Source of the DNA: Minutocellus sp. GHC0000111
Lineage: Eukaryota
NCBI GenBank assembly: GCA_977018835.1
Contig: OZ361257.1
Span: 372,001 to 436,000 of the forward strand
Length of the DNA: 64,000 nucleotides
Direction: 5' to 3'
Shown here: positions 12,147 to 26,245 of the stretch, piece by piece
Layout of the letters: every line of letters begins with the position of its first letter
Numbering within the stretch: position 1 is the first letter of the stretch
Position numbers and translations under genes: made by a program
The notes under the pieces: model-generated
Databases searched by the model: none
The model's input: only the letters and a program-made list of their open reading frames with translations
Told to the model about the DNA's origin: nothing

Positions 12147-13074
12147 GTTCATTTGAAGCGAGATTATCCGACGAGCCAGCCAGAGCATCAAGACACCGGG
12201 ACCTATATGTGATTCATTCACACAGCAAGAGACATATCTGTTTATCTCGGGCTACAGTGCAGTCAGCCATCAGTTCGTAGCACCGCCGTTGTCATGTGGG
12301 TCGGGTCGCCTTCAGCGCCGTCGCTCGATCAGTTCAATCGGCCAATCGTCTTCTCAACCTGCTGCGGAACTGTTTCTATCTGACGACAATATGACGCCTC
12401 AAACTGTAGTATCCGCCCGGCCGGCCGCGCGGCCGGCATTGCGGCGCGCGGTGGCGGCCTCATGAAGGCAATGAGAGGGTCCATAGTCGATCTAATAATG
12501 AATTACTACGTACCTGACCTAGCTAGCTACTAGCCTAGCTACTAGCGTTGCTTGCAGTTGTGCTGGCTGGGCCTGCCTCACCTCCAATCACGGTGACTCA
12601 TGCTTCTCACGCCTACATGTATGCTTTAAAACCTGCCTTCGTATCTGTCACGCACACATCATAACGGCATGCAAGGCTCTGCCTGGACGGAGACGCAGAG
12701 ATGAAGTCCTGTCGTCCCGTCCCGTGTTAGGTCGTACCTACTTTGTTCTTGGAACCTTGTACAATCAAAATTGGATGAGCACTCACACGTGCATAGACTT
12801 GCTGGCGCTGGTGGCACACAGAGCTCTTTGCTCATCTTACCATCGCACCCTGCCATCCTGTCTCCTCTCTTTGCGTTGAGAGGCGATGGCGAGTCTATCT
12901 ACACTCTGACGCGATCTGGCACACATCTACAAAGAGAATACGGACTGTAGATTGATGAAGCAAAAGATCGTTACTCGTTGGCTGGTCCGAGGCCGTTGCT
13001 ACTTTTAAGTACTTGTTGAGCTCAAAGCAAGCAAAGCTGGCTCACAAATTCTCCTTCCTCGCTCGTTGCCCAAA

Positions 13075-14820
13075 ATGTGGATCTGCAAGTATGCCACTGC
13101 CAATGCGTTGCTTGGTCTTCTGAGTAGTAGTAACATATGTTCTACATGTACCGATGCTGCATCTGTTATTGACGTTGAACTCCTCGAAAGCAGAGTGGAT
13201 CTAACATCTCCCTTCGTTGCCGGTGTCGAGGTGGGAAGAGTTTCGTCCGATCCGATCAAGGAGGCTTCGGGACTTGCTTTGAGCAGATTGAATGCAGATG
13301 TTCTGTACACCCACAACGATAGGGGTGATGATCCTCGGATCTTTGCAATTCGCACAGACGGTACTCACGTTGCAACTTTGACGATAGAGCCGGCCTTGCA
13401 TGTTGATTACGAAGACATTGCAGTAGGAACAGGGCCCCTGCCTAACACCAGCTATATCTACGTTGGTGACATCGGCAATAACCTCTTCAAAGACGAGCCT
13501 CGAGACAACATCGTTATCTATCGCCTCCAAGAGCCGCTCATTGACGTAAATGCTGACGAAAGGGGCTTTCCACTATCGATCGATGCCGAGGTTGACGCTC
13601 TTACTCTAACCTATCCCACTCGTGCTCACGATGCCGAAACGCTCTTGTTCGACCCATTCGATTCGCGTCTCTATGTCATCACGAAGCGCGATGGTAATAA
13701 CTTCATCTACCGAACGCCTCAAGTGTGGGGCGCCGGTGATGCGTCCCAAACGCTTGAGTATTTGGGGCGGATGCAGACAGCAGATGATGCCAGCGGTGGA
13801 GATATCTCAGTCGATGGGACAGAGATCTTAATCAGAAACAGAGGCAAAATTTTCTACTTTGATCGAGACGATCCATCGAGCTCTGACCTAGCGAGTGTCT
13901 TGGCCCAGCCTGGCGAAATATTACCCTATGAGCAGGAACTTCAAGGAGAGAGCGTTGCTTTTGCTACGGATGGACAAGGTTATTTTACTTTGCGTGAGGC
14001 CAAATCACAATCCTCTGTTCCCCTTCTGTACTACGCAAGGAATGGCTTTGGACGAAATAATGAGATGGACACGGAACCGACCGAAATTCCAACTTCGACC
14101 CCAACGAAATCCCCGAGCAGCATTGGTACACCAAACACCAATACTCCAAGTTCAGTTCCATCGCCACTGGCGAGGGTCGTCGATGCAAAAGTCATGCGTA
14201 GAAGAATCTGGCTGTACTTGGAAGGCCACGTTGATCCCGTCCAAGCCTCGAAGATTGATAATTTCGTCCTATACAACCGCAACAAAGGACAGGTGGCTGC
14301 TATATCGAAGGCCCATTACCTACCTCCTAAAACAGAGTCTTCTGCACCAAGAATTCTTCCCACTATGTCGCTGTACAACAAGAATGCGCTCCTCGACGTG
14401 GGCGTTTCACGCGACATTGTCGATGCTGCAATTGTGGCAGCAGATGTGCGACCTGGATTTGCTTCCGTTGTATCCGTCTTGTCTGGTAGAAAGGCTGGGC
14501 TTGTGCAACCCGACGGTGATGCCTACAGTCTTTAGATTCTCAACCTTGGCCTCATCAATTACGTAGAAAATCATGCCGACAATCATTCTACGCTCACTAT
14601 TTCACGTACTAGCAAAGGACTGTACGAATCTACGTTGTTGGGATCGGTCTCACCTTCTCCTGGCGGCGATGGTATTATTAACATCGATTCCATCAACATT
14701 GAACGGACTTGCCTCTTCGCCTTGGACCCCAAAAACTTTGTCATCGGCCCTCTCTCGAGCAGTGCCAAGGAGACGCTCGCACAAAAGTCAAATGGCACAA
14801 TCGTTGATATATTGCTTTGA
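13075..14820 (+). CDS. Secreted bacterial-type beta-propeller protein with Thr/Pro/Ser linker; in-frame TAG at 14533-14535
   Basis: Signal-like N-terminus; KEASGLALS, YTHNDRGD, DYEDIAVG, YVGDIGNN, HDAETLLFDP, QGESVAF. No introns. The frame stays open for 95 codons past the TAG. Confidence 0.65.
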
Positions 14821-14874
14821 AGCGGACAATGTTAGAATAAATTATAATAATAAATGGATAGAGATTTAAGATTA

Positions 14875-17800
14875 TCATTTGAATCCCTTTAGACTAAGTT
14901 TCTTTTTTGCCGGCGCCTTCTGGGCGACCACGTAGCCACTCATGTCGGCGCGGACTGCCATCTCGAGAGTGGTTCTATCTTCTGCGGTGAGTTGTACTAT
15001 CGCAGCCTTGAAGGCCGCAGGTGCAGAACGAACAACGAAAACAATTCCTTGCGCGCACATGCGGGCAAGTGATGGGTCGGCCTTTGGTCTGCCGCTGGGA
15101 TGATTCGGCAAACCATTGTAGGAAATAAGCGAAGTAAAAACTTCAAACACCACAGCTAGGTAGGCTGATAGCTGCGCTTCGTCCGCACGTTGTTGAGAAC
15201 AAAGCTGCTGGAGAGACATCATGATGAGTTTCGTAGCATCGGCGCACACGGTGACTCTTTCGCTGTGGACAGATGACGATTGGGGTGTAGAAAAGACACC
15301 GTAGACCTTGAGAATGTTCATCAATTGGGCACCAGCAGCTTCCATAACGATGCGAACGACCGAAGTGACGTCTAATTCTGTCGTTTGCACATAAGATACT
15401 GCGGCTTTGAGTGCTGATACCTGACGAGTGGTATCGGCCCAATCTCCCAGAGCATTGGAGATTGATGCTGCACTTGATGATAGGCCAGTTTCACCCTCGA
15501 GCTCCAAACAAATCGCTTTCCAGGCCTCCCAACACCCTGCATCAGCTGTCGTTGTGGCAAGCTGACGCTTTGTGGTTGAATCGATGGATTCACTGCGAAC
15601 ACAATCAAGCAAGAGACGCAATGCCGCCTCAATTGTCTTGGGTGAAGTCGTCTTCACTTCGTGGTCTGCATTAGACAGAATGGAAATGGCGATATTCATC
15701 ATGGCTCTCAAGAGGTTGGCTGAATCGACGCCACCTCCAATACCAGTTTCATCATCTGAAGCGGAAATTAGGCGTTGGCTGCACCGAAGGGAGGAGGACA
15801 TTATGATGTCGACAGATTCTGCGGAGATGTTGTCGCCATCTCCTCCGAGCTGCACTTTGCCAGTTTCAAGCGCCGTCAAGGGAAGAAGAATCACCTCCAG
15901 AAGGCCCTTACCACCAATAGAGGATCCTTCGGACGTGTCTGCAGCTATTCGTGCCTGGCACATTGCCTCAAGAAGCTTCGAGGCTTGCGCAACCAGAGTT
16001 GGCGAGATGACAGTGGACGATTCATTCTCACCCTCGTCATCCCCCTTCTTGCTCTCTTCACCAGAAGGAAGGTGCAAGGCCGGGAGGATTACCTGTGTTT
16101 TCAATGAAACAATGATAATCTGCAAGTCTGTCGCAAGCACTGAGTCCATCCCAGCAGCTTCAATATTCTTTGTCAAGAGAATACTGAGTGCATTGGTACA
16201 GGATATGGCGACATCGACAGGATGTGGGATAAATCTTGATGGGCTTTCACTAAACGAGATGCTCTTGAGAGACTCTCCAAGGCCTAAAATGAGTAAGGTA
16301 GCAAGAGACGAAATCCATTCTTTGATGTCATCGGGGCTTTCTTCTGATGCATGATTATCGTTGGTTAAAATGGCAATTGCGTAGTTGGCCAATAGGGGCC
16401 AGGACTTTGTCATGGCTGAAATAACAGATTCGTCGACGTCTTGAAGGTTGGAGTATGTCAGACCAGACGGCTGAGAGCCGTCGAGGTTGAGGGCGGGGCT
16501 GTCAGTCAATTCGTTGGATCCACAGAGGGAACCAATACTTCCCTGAAGAATTCTAGCGCCGTCGAGAGCGAAAGCAGCAGCAAAGACTCCTGCCCCAAAG
16601 TTTGCCGAGGAAATTTCTTGTTGAAGCGATGCAGCGAGAGCTGGTGCAACAACGCCAACATCGGCATTGAGCCTCAGACGAGAGAGAGTGGAAAGCGTCA
16701 ACACTTGTCGAAGAAGAGGAATGCTTGCATCGCCAGTCAAAGACGACGCCTTCTCGGTTACCAAGACGCGAAGAGGCGATTCTTTCGTCTTTGCATCAGG
16801 AAATGCGATGGATGGAAGATTAGAACAGGAGGATAGCAAGGCTCGTGCAAAACGCCGGTGCACATTTCCATCTGTTATAATGCTTGTTTTCGCAATCACA
16901 TTCAGTGCGTTGCAGCCGACTGCAAATAACTGTGGTAGGCCCTCACATGCGATTTCCCCCTCTGGTGTGCTTATGGTCAGTGCATGTCGAACGGCCGAGG
17001 CGATTTGGGAGGAATATTGTTGTAGGACAAGTTCGTTGTCAGTCGATTCTGGGTCAGTAGCCTCGCCAAATCCTTCAACAAGAGCGGAGAGAAGTTGCAG
17101 GCCAGCTCTTTGGAGGGATGGAAGTTCCGCTTGATCAGACGCTGCGATAGCAGTGCTACATGCTGTGATGATGAGACTTTGCAAGTGCATTGCTGCAAAA
17201 GAAGTGATACCGCTGTTTTCGTCAACATTACCAGCCGCGACATTGTGACATTGCTTCTTTAGCAATGCATGAGCGGCCGCCGGACAGAAATGTGGAGCTT
17301 GCTCCTTTTCCTTGCAATCTTTCTCGCACATTTTAGCAATATCGTTGAGCGCCTCGGTAGCAACCGAAGCGGCATGGCATCTGACTTGCCAGCGGCAGGA
17401 GGTCGAATGCGACAAGACAAGGCCTGCTTCAGAGCTTGCATGCGATTCCGCTTGGCGGACTATTCCCTCGGGAGTCGATAGATCGCCATCCTCGTTATCC
17501 ACCTCATCAGAGCCAGACATTCCGGTAATCAGAACACGGCTCACGAGGAGAAGATGAAGTAATCTCCTGGCCGCATCAGTGATATTTCCTTGCAAGGCAG
17601 CATTGGAATCGACCTCGTAAATTGCACGAAGAGCCATGACAACCTCCGTCTCAAGCGCATCTCCTTCTCCAACACCTCTCTCAGCGTCTCGTGCAGCAGA
17701 TATTGTTCGATAGAATGCCGAATGCTGGAAATGCCTTGACCTGCATCTGGCATCGAGAAGGCCGAGAAGGCTCCCATGTATGTACTGACCCTCGACAAGG

Positions 17801-20800
17801 CGGGGAGCGAGTGTAGAGGGGTTTTGCGCCAATATCCTTAGAAGATTCACGGCTGCTCTCTGGCACATTACAGAAGATGACCCGTACGGCCTCAGTCTCT
17901 TAAGTTGGAAGAAAGCCTCTGGGTATGTTGTTCCGAACGACCTGATGATGAAGGGCATGCACAGCGCGGCGGGATCTCCTGTATTGTCCACGCTAAGCTT
18001 GTCCTTCAAGAGCAGGGATCGGTAGGCACTCAGCTTCTCGAAAAAGACGAATCCTTCAAAGAGAACGGCGGGGTGCATGGCAGAATTCTCCAGTATCAAA
18101 GATGCCATGCTAGAATAGCGGCTTGCGGTAGAGCAGTCGTTCGATTGGAGAAGTCGAAGGCGCGGAATGAGGAAGGTCATGAAGCGCAATAATACCGCCA
18201 TGAATGCCGGTTCTGCAGCAAACTTTTCGCCCTCGCGGCCACCATCAAAATCGGCTGTAATTGCAGTCCAAGTCGAGAGGAAGTTGGACTCGATCGTTTC
18301 TACAGCCTTCTGGAGGATGTGTAGACTCTCTGCGGTAATTTCTTCGTCCTTCTCGGGGAATGAATAAGATATGAGCAACTCTAAGGCATGAAGGGCGTGC
18401 GTGCGAACATTGAAGAAGTCGCTTTCATGGCTGTAAGGAAGAACTCGAGTAAGCATGATCATCGTCTGAGGAGCGGTGTCGGCCGCAGACTCGTCGGAGG
18501 TTGACTGAGCATTGCCCATGGACGAAGATCTCGCCCTCGCCCGATCTCGTTCGTCGCTATCCATCTTTTGTGTTGTTCGTTGGATGCAAGCTAGCGTTAG
18601 AAGTGACCCAGCCTTGACGGATGACAGCGCCTCGTTGTTGAGCTGAAATTTGCGCACTGTTCCATCAGGCAAATTGCCCTTCATTAACTCATCCAAACTG
18701 TGAAGGATCGAGCTTTGAAGCGTATGAGCACCCTCAGTCACTCCAAGCGTGGCGAGCATCGACAAACCTTCCGCGGCAGCGCGCCGGATCAAATGAACCG
18801 ATGAGGGCAAAAGGGCAAAGAACAAATCTTTCGCACGGTTCATCCACGGTGGGCCCATACTGATAAAGTCCTCGGTCGAAGCCTCGTGAAGAGGAAGAGC
18901 CTGAAGGCATGCGAGAAGCGTTGCAGCTATGTTGGACGCGGCTGCAATTTCGTCCCTTGACTGCGATCGTTAAGAGAGTTGACGGGGGACACATGAAATG
19001 CAGCGATAGATAAGCAAGAGAGACGGACGTTGAGAGGCAATGGCGAGAAAATAAAATAAATACCAATGTGAAACCCAAAAGATTCAGCAGAGTGGATTGG
19101 CAACAAACTCAATTCTCACCTTTGGTTTCTTCTTCTCATTCTCGGTAATAAGAGAGGACGCTGTGACACTCAGACTTTTGGCACTCTGCAGAAGCGACGC
19201 CGGGAGCAAGTTACCCAGTGCGCGAGAGGCCTTGTCTTGAGCGCGGCCATCTTGCATGCCAAATGTGGCGGCAAAGGTATGAATGGCAGCATCGAGAAGA
19301 CGAACTTGAGAGGCTGCCGATGATGAAGACGGTTGCTTCCATGTGCCCACTGCATGAAGAGGAGTGGGTGCATCTGTCCGATCTTCTTCAGTATCAGATA
19401 GCTCAAGAATGTGACTCTCAAAGATGGTGAGAGGAAATGGTTCCTTTCGATTCTTCTTCTGCCAAGCCAACGTATTGAGGACCGATTCTCTCTCACTGTG
19501 ATGTGCCGGGTCGGACGTTAGAGCGACAAGAGATTCCTCCAAGCGAACGGCACCGCCGGCTTGACCAACAGATGTCGCTCGCTCAAGCGAGTGAGCGTCT
19601 AGAATTTTGTCCTCAGAAGTTACAAGTGATCCAACAATGGAGCAGCACACTTCTTCCTCGGTCAATTTCTGCGGGGATGCGGAAGCAAGGGATAAAAAAT
19701 GAGAATTTGCTCCCGTCCACACCACAACTGGCTAGATATTGGATATCGATTAATGACTCACCTGAATGTGCAAAGCGGCAAATGAAAAGACCTGGTCGGC
19801 AGCAAAGGCGTATGATCCGGGAGGGAGCCAAGCAAATGCCTCCAAAATTGATGCCTTGGCACTATCCAAACGCGACGCAACGGCCGGATTTGCAGATTCC
19901 TCGCCAAGTCGCCCATCGGGCGAAACCAAAGGAAAGACATTCTCAAGAAGCAACGTACTTCTATTCAATGCATCAGGCACCGACAGGAGCAACTCGGAAC
20001 AATTCTTCAAGAAAGCCACAAAAGATACAAGCATGGCATCAAGACAAGAGAGATCGTGCGACTCGTTGAAGTGGCGTGTACCCTCTTCGGCGTGTTTCGC
20101 CGATGCTTGCCAAAGACGGAAGAAACCAGCTATGTGTGAGGACACCGCTGTCGGTCCTGTTGAAAGAGCGGCACTGATGAGCCCGTATCCAGATCGCACA
20201 CAAGTACAGACAGCCCCGGGCGCAGCCTAATGAAATGGTATAAAAATAATGGAGGCGAGAGGGAAATCGAATTAGAGCGCAAGTCATTGATACGTCACAT
20301 AAAGAGTCCGATAGATCATCAATACTCACCTTTGCGAGCAGTTCATTGTCCTGGCACTTGACAAGGCTGTAGGCAACAGTAATGATCTTGTCCAGAATCT
20401 CAATAGAAATTCCTCCCGACGCAAGGGGCAACACATGAAGCAGCAATGTTATGACGAGAGCATATCCATGGACGGAGTACTGCTGTTGTAAGGACTGTTC
20501 CATCTGAGCGGACGATTGGCTTTTGGCGGGCGAATCCCCTCCCTTGTTGCGGCGAATAAGTCTCCTTCGCCTCGTCGGTGATTCCTCCTTCTTGCTCTCT
20601 GCGGCGCCAGAATCTTCATTTCCGGCGAGTGCCACGAGATTTGTCCATCCCTCCATTAAGGAATCGAGGGATGCAAGGAGAATCTTTCTGCCCTCCTGAG
20701 GAAATGCGCGGGCTATCGCCTGCATCGCAATGGCGGCTTCATAACGCACCCCGTGATCATGGTGTGTCAGGGCCATTTGAAGGACGGGTAGGGCATCCTC

Positions 20801-23137
20801 AAGACCAGCTGTGGCAGCTTCTCCAAGTGCCGTGATGAGATGACTCGCTTCGATCAAAACAATTTGCAGCTGATACCGGTTGAGCGGAATCGCTCCACCA
20901 CTTCCACCATCATCTATTCCGAGGGAAACGCGGCATAATGCAGAGAGCTCTCGCAGCAAAGCCTGCTGAACTTGCTCCGACGAAGCTTCTGCGAGTCCCC
21001 TGCGTAGGACACGGCTCGCCTGCGCCCGGACTAGTCCCGAATCAGCGGCGGATCTCATCTTGCGATTCTGGGAAAATAGGGAACCTCCTCCCGAAGTGCT
21101 CGAAGGGCGGTCGGAGGCCCTTGCAACTGGCGAAGAAGTAACTTCGAGAGTATCGGTGAAGCGCTGATTGCTACCGCTGCCACTTCTACCATGTCCGCTA
21201 CTGGGCAAAGGTTGCTGAAGTTGCTGCTCCATCGCCGGTCCAACCATGCCCAAGATAGATACCAAAACATCCGTCGCAGCACTGCCGGACAAGGCAGCAC
21301 TATTGGTCGATGCCTGAAGCTTCACGAGTTCCACCATGACAGATGAAATACCCACTCGAACAGCCCTGCCGCCAGCGGAGAAGGCACCGCCACACTTGGA
21401 GGCGCTATACTCGCCACCAACCTTGACGAAGCGAGAAACCAAAAAGTCAAGTGCAGCTACAAGAGAAGTGCACGAAGCGCAGTACGACATTGTCCTTCCA
21501 CCTCCCTTGCCCTCCGAAAAGGCCTTGAATTTGGACGCAAAGTCACCCGATGACGACGCTGATCCATGGCCACTACCGACGGGAGCGGCACCATCGCCAT
21601 CATCAGCGCTATGGCGGTTCCCGGTGGAGTCACCTTCGGCCTTGCTCTTCTCCCCAGCCTCGATCGATGTGCACAGGCATCGCGCCAGTGCGTCGGCCCA
21701 GCCAATTGCAACTCCGGCACTTTCATCGTCCAGATTCTTCAGGGCGATGTGCATCGCATCGTCGAGAGAGGATAGCGGTCCGTTGGCAGCATTGTCGTTG
21801 GCGCCACCACCAGAGGGGTTGGGCGACATGGGTCCCGACGATCCACCACCGCCTCCGCCGCCACCGCTGCTGGAACGATCCGATTTGATCATGAGCGGCG
21901 CGACAGCCGCCGCGAAGGTGGCAGCCTCGGCTCTCACCTCGGGATATCGATCATCGGCGGCCCGATTCATGAGCTTGACGCATTCCACTATGGCCTTGTC
22001 CTCCCAGGCATTCTGGATGAGGAAGGTCCCGACCTTGCCACTGGGTGCACCGTCTCGGGCAATGACAGCCTCCTCGGCCACCAGTGCGGCGGTTCGACAA
22101 CCAACGGCCACGCTGGTTGCGGCACGTACCGCCAACAGTCGATAATACGGCTCGTTGTTGCCACTGGATTTGAGCGCCTTGTGACACAGGTGCAGCACAT
22201 CGAAGGCCCACGGTGCCACCTTTTTGGCCAGAACGTCGTCAGCGAACAACCCCGCAATGACCTGTAATGCCGACAGACGGGTACCACCGGCGGCGCGCTG
22301 ACTGCGCGGATTGAGACTGACCACCTCCATCATCCGTCGCATAAAGGCCAAGGCATCGACTCGCGCCGGACCCGACAGCCCATCTCCCAACCGGTAGCAC
22401 AAGACGACACAGTCCACCCACAGCGTGCGCATGGCGGTAGACAAAAGGGGCGGGGTCAGACGGACCGGCACGCCCCTGGTCGTCGGTGCGTTGGGCATGT
22501 TGACACCGGCGGCGGCCGCGGCACCCCCGACGTGAGCGTTGATGGCGTCCATGAACTTGCTCGCGCCCTTGCTGGCCTTGCCCGGAGTACCTCCACCGCC
22601 TCCACCGCCGCCCAGGGCACCGGTAACATTGACCGGCAGGGTGGAATCGTCGCATCCCGGACTGCCCTTGACGATGACGGCCGAACTCCCGGCAATGCCG
22701 GCGGTCATTCCCATGAGCTTCATCAGGACGGCCAGCAACGACGGTGCCGATTGGAGCGGTTCCACCACACGTGCATGTGCAGTACTAGTATTGCCTGTAT
22801 TCACAGTACTTGCATTCTCCTCGTCCAGCACCGGATCCAGCCCCGCCCTCTCCCGGAGCAAACTCCGCAGACTGGCCAACCGCACGTACAGCTCGGAATT
22901 GGCCACCGGCCGGACCGTCGAGAAGGAGCTGTGCATCCCCGCCGGGGGGGGGATGGCGGTGAGATTCTGCGACAGGAGCGTCGGTTCGAGACGGGTGATG
23001 CTGGCGCCGAGGAGGGCACCGGCCTCCTCGGGGGAGGTCGGGGGCGGGTACAGTATGTCTTCCAGGGGGGACATGGTCGGGGGTGTAGTAGACTTGGTGG
23101 TGGTGCCTGCGCCTGCCGACTGTTGGGACGGTGGCAT
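14875..23137 (-). CDS. HEATR5: HEAT repeat-containing protein 5 (HEATR5/Laa1/SWEETIE-like, AP-1 cofactor); exons 23137-20330, 20226-19762, 19668-19120, 18960-14875
   Basis: Very large helical protein with three in-frame GT-AG introns. Family-like segments VRYEAAIAMQAIARAFP, RRAAAEGLSML, RWQVRCHAA, VLQQYSSQIASAVRHAL, PAAFKAAIVQLTAEDRTTLEMAVR, and C-terminal KKKLSLKGF. Confidence 0.8.
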
Positions 23138-23881
23138 GTCTTGAAGTCTCGTTTTTATGTCGACCTATTTTGCCGTATGCCAGCCAGCTCCACTCAAGTG
23201 CCGCAAAAGAGAGATCCCTCCTGCCTCTCGCCTACTAGCTAGTATGCTACTGAAGAGCAAGTGCGGAGACCAGATAGAGGCGAAGACTTGGCTGACTTCG
23301 CCGCACTAACCGTTCACTAAAAAATGCCACCATTGCTGTGGCTATCGCAATGCTTTGCTCTGCTCTTCGGGCGATACCAATCTCCCCACTCATGGGACTT
23401 GCCGCCGCGTGTGTGGCTCTGCTCTGACATGACTGGCGATGCTGCTGAGAATCCATCTCTCCCTCTCAGAACAATGGGTCTCAAAGTGAGACGACTTACA
23501 TGTAGCTTCGTGGCCCCACAAAAACCTCGTTATATCTAGATCTACTCGGTACACAAATGTGCTATATATGTGCGGTAGTTACATGTAGGCATTGGCTCTA
23601 GAGTCTACACATGTAGCAAGAGAAAGAGAGTCTACCGGTAGCATGAAGTAATTTACTAGTTTATAAGTTATTTTGTGTAAGTTCCGTAGGTGTTGGCGAT
23701 GCCGACATCGACGATGGACATATGCCGCAGACTGAACGACTGAACAAGTACATGTACCGGTATAAAGGTTTCCGGTAGCTGGACAGTATGAATAAATTGC
23801 GCTAGGAACTAAGAGACCAGCTTGACGTTCTGGGTTGGATTGGCCCAAGGTCTGTGAGCGACGCATGTCGTATCTGGGGTC

Positions 23882-25872
23882 TCACATCCTAACAAAGCGA
23901 ATCTGGTCAGTACCATCCTGATAAACTCCAATGGGAATGTAATGATGTTGGGGGCAGCACTGTAAGTTCGAAGGATTCTTCGTAGTGTTGCCTTTTACCC
24001 TGTGGAAAAGAGAGGTCAGGATATCCAATATGTTGAGTAAGTCGGAACAAGAAAACGTGCACACAAGTGCAAGTAGCGCATGCTGCGACTTTGAACTTAC
24101 TGTTGGCATGTTAGATTGGCATATGGCCTAGGATTATACTTTGGATTTGTATCAGTATTTGCAATATCGTCTGAAGAAAAAGACGGGGAGAAAGGAAAGC
24201 GGCGTTGGGTTTGTCAATGAGGCAATGGAGTAATCAATAAAAGGAAGCCCGCTTACAAACCTCGTGCACAAACAAGATATCACACCACAGCCATCGACTA
24301 CTTACAATCCCATTCACTTTGATAGCAGCTATAGGCGTAGGCCCATCGACCACAGAACGCAGAGTATCCCTTGCAATGAGGAGTGTCTGGGTTTTGTCCC
24401 GCCGGCGGGGGGAGGTCCGTTGGCTTGTCGCTGCCGTAGCAGAAAGCGGTGTTTGTGCCGAGTGGCTCGGAACTGTTGTAAATTGGCATAATTCTCACCG
24501 ACTCTCCGCTCTCCAGGGTCATATAGTTGGGCGTGTCAGTAAACGCACTCATGCCGTTGGCTACGTCTGATACGGCTTGATTGAACAAAGCCTCATCGCC
24601 ATTATAGATGTTGTCTGCATATGCCTCATCGCTCGCAAAATCCCCGTACAGAGCAAAAGATGCTTCGCCTTGTCCAGCGGGTACTTGGGTTGGTGTCGGG
24701 GCGGACGTTCCTGCAGCGACTGGACTGGAGCTTGGAAGGTCCGAAGGATGCGCGGAATCAGCAACGACCGGCGAGCCAGTGGGTGATCCAGAGGGATGCG
24801 CGGAATCAGCAACAACAGGAGAAGCTGTGGGCGAGGTGGCAACGACCGGCGAGCCAGTGGGTGATCCAGAGGGATGCGCGGAATCAGCAACGACCGGCGA
24901 GCCAGTGGGTGATCCAGAGGGATGCGTGGAATCAGCAACAGCAGGAGAAGCTGTGGGCGAGGTGGCAACGACCGGCGAGCCAGTGGGTGATCCAGAGGGA
25001 TGCGCGGAATCAGCAACAACAGGAGAAGCTGTGGGCGAGGTATCAGCGACAGGCGACGACGTGGGGAATGGGGTTCCGGCCGCACATTGGGTATCGGTGT
25101 ATGCGGTGTAGCCTCGGTCCAGGTTGTGATATGATGTTCCTCCAACCGTACAAGCCTCACAGGGCGTTTTGTGAGGGTCATCGCTGGCAAAGCAACTGCA
25201 CCCAACGGCCTGGAGGCTGAACGATATCTCGCCGGGCGGACTGACAGTAATGGGGTCGCATATATCTTCAGGAACTACCGTGACATTGTTGGCGCCCATC
25301 CCCTTGGTATAACCATCGCAAAGCTTGACCCAACCGTTACTTGGGTCAGGAGAGAAGGCAAGTGCGCTGTCGGTGTAGGAGAATCCAGCGTTCTTGTACC
25401 TGTAAGTACAACAAAAAGCGACGGAAAGAACGAATGGATGCAGATCAGTTGCGTTGGCACGTTAGCACACTCCAAAACTTCCCACAAAGTGCACTCAATA
25501 ATGTCCAAATCACACGACATCCGTTGAGGGAGCACATGCACTTCTCGCAACTCACCAAATGGTAACATGAAGGCATTCCTCCATGTCCGTAACAAACTTG
25601 AACGCGCGAAGGATGAATTCCAAGGTTGGAGTTACAGTGAAGAGCTTGCAATCGGAGCAGAGCTCGTCGTGCTTGGATTGGAGACGTCGCTCAACAATTC
25701 GGGCGCCGCCGGCACTGTAGGTCACTTTGACACCATCGTCAAAGTCATTCGCCGCAGAGGAGATCGACGAAGCATCGACAAGCATCGGCGAGGAGAAATG
25801 AGAAAGGGCCGAAGTCACGAGGAGCAGAGCGGCGACGAAGGCCACCAACCCGGGACGAGGATTGGAAATCAT
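23882..25872 (-). CDS. Secreted Cys-containing protein with RRL processing site and mucin-like Ser/Pro/Thr repeat; exons 25872-25556, 25399-24306, 24170-24101, 23999-23882
   Basis: Signal peptide (GLVAFVAALLLV), ERRLQ motif, three GT-AG introns that keep the frame, Cys-rich regions on both sides of the repeat. Confidence 0.7.
24740..25045 (-). repeat. Coding minisatellite alternating SPVVADSAHPSGSPTG (48 bp) and SPVVATSPTA (30 bp) units
   Basis: GCAACGACCGGCGAGCCAGTGGGTGATCCAGAGGGATGCG occurs 4 times; GGAGAAGCTGTGGGCGAGGT occurs 3 times. Confidence 0.9.
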
Positions 25873-26245
25873 GGTGGAAGGAGGGCATGTAGGCAAGATG
25901 ATCGAGCAAGAATGACATGCCGGTCTGCAATTTGTTTGCTGCCCGGCATACTGCATGCTGAGTATTCCAGGGGCCGGCATAATAGCAGGGGGCAGGGTTG
26001 ATTTGCCTGGCATAATTTTATCCAGGGGCTGTTATGTGCGGGATTTTTATTATGGATCAATGCCTACTCAAAATGTCCTTTTATGCGTCATCACGATCAA
26101 GATTCCTCAGAATGTCCTTTTATGTCAGAATGTCCTTTTATGCGAGCAAAGTTAGGCGAAAATTTTGAGAATTTGCCCTCCGTACTACATGTACATGTAG
26201 TAGCAGCTAGCTAGAGTAGGGATAAAATAAAAAACCAACCATTGC

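Noticed and set aside
10989..14535. Alternative genetic code or systematic stop read-through
   Set aside because: The internal stops are of three different kinds, and TAA, TAG and TGA all terminate conserved genes here.
24740..25045. CRISPR-like array
   Set aside because: The units are in-frame coding repeats without unique spacers, and there are no cas genes in this eukaryotic context.
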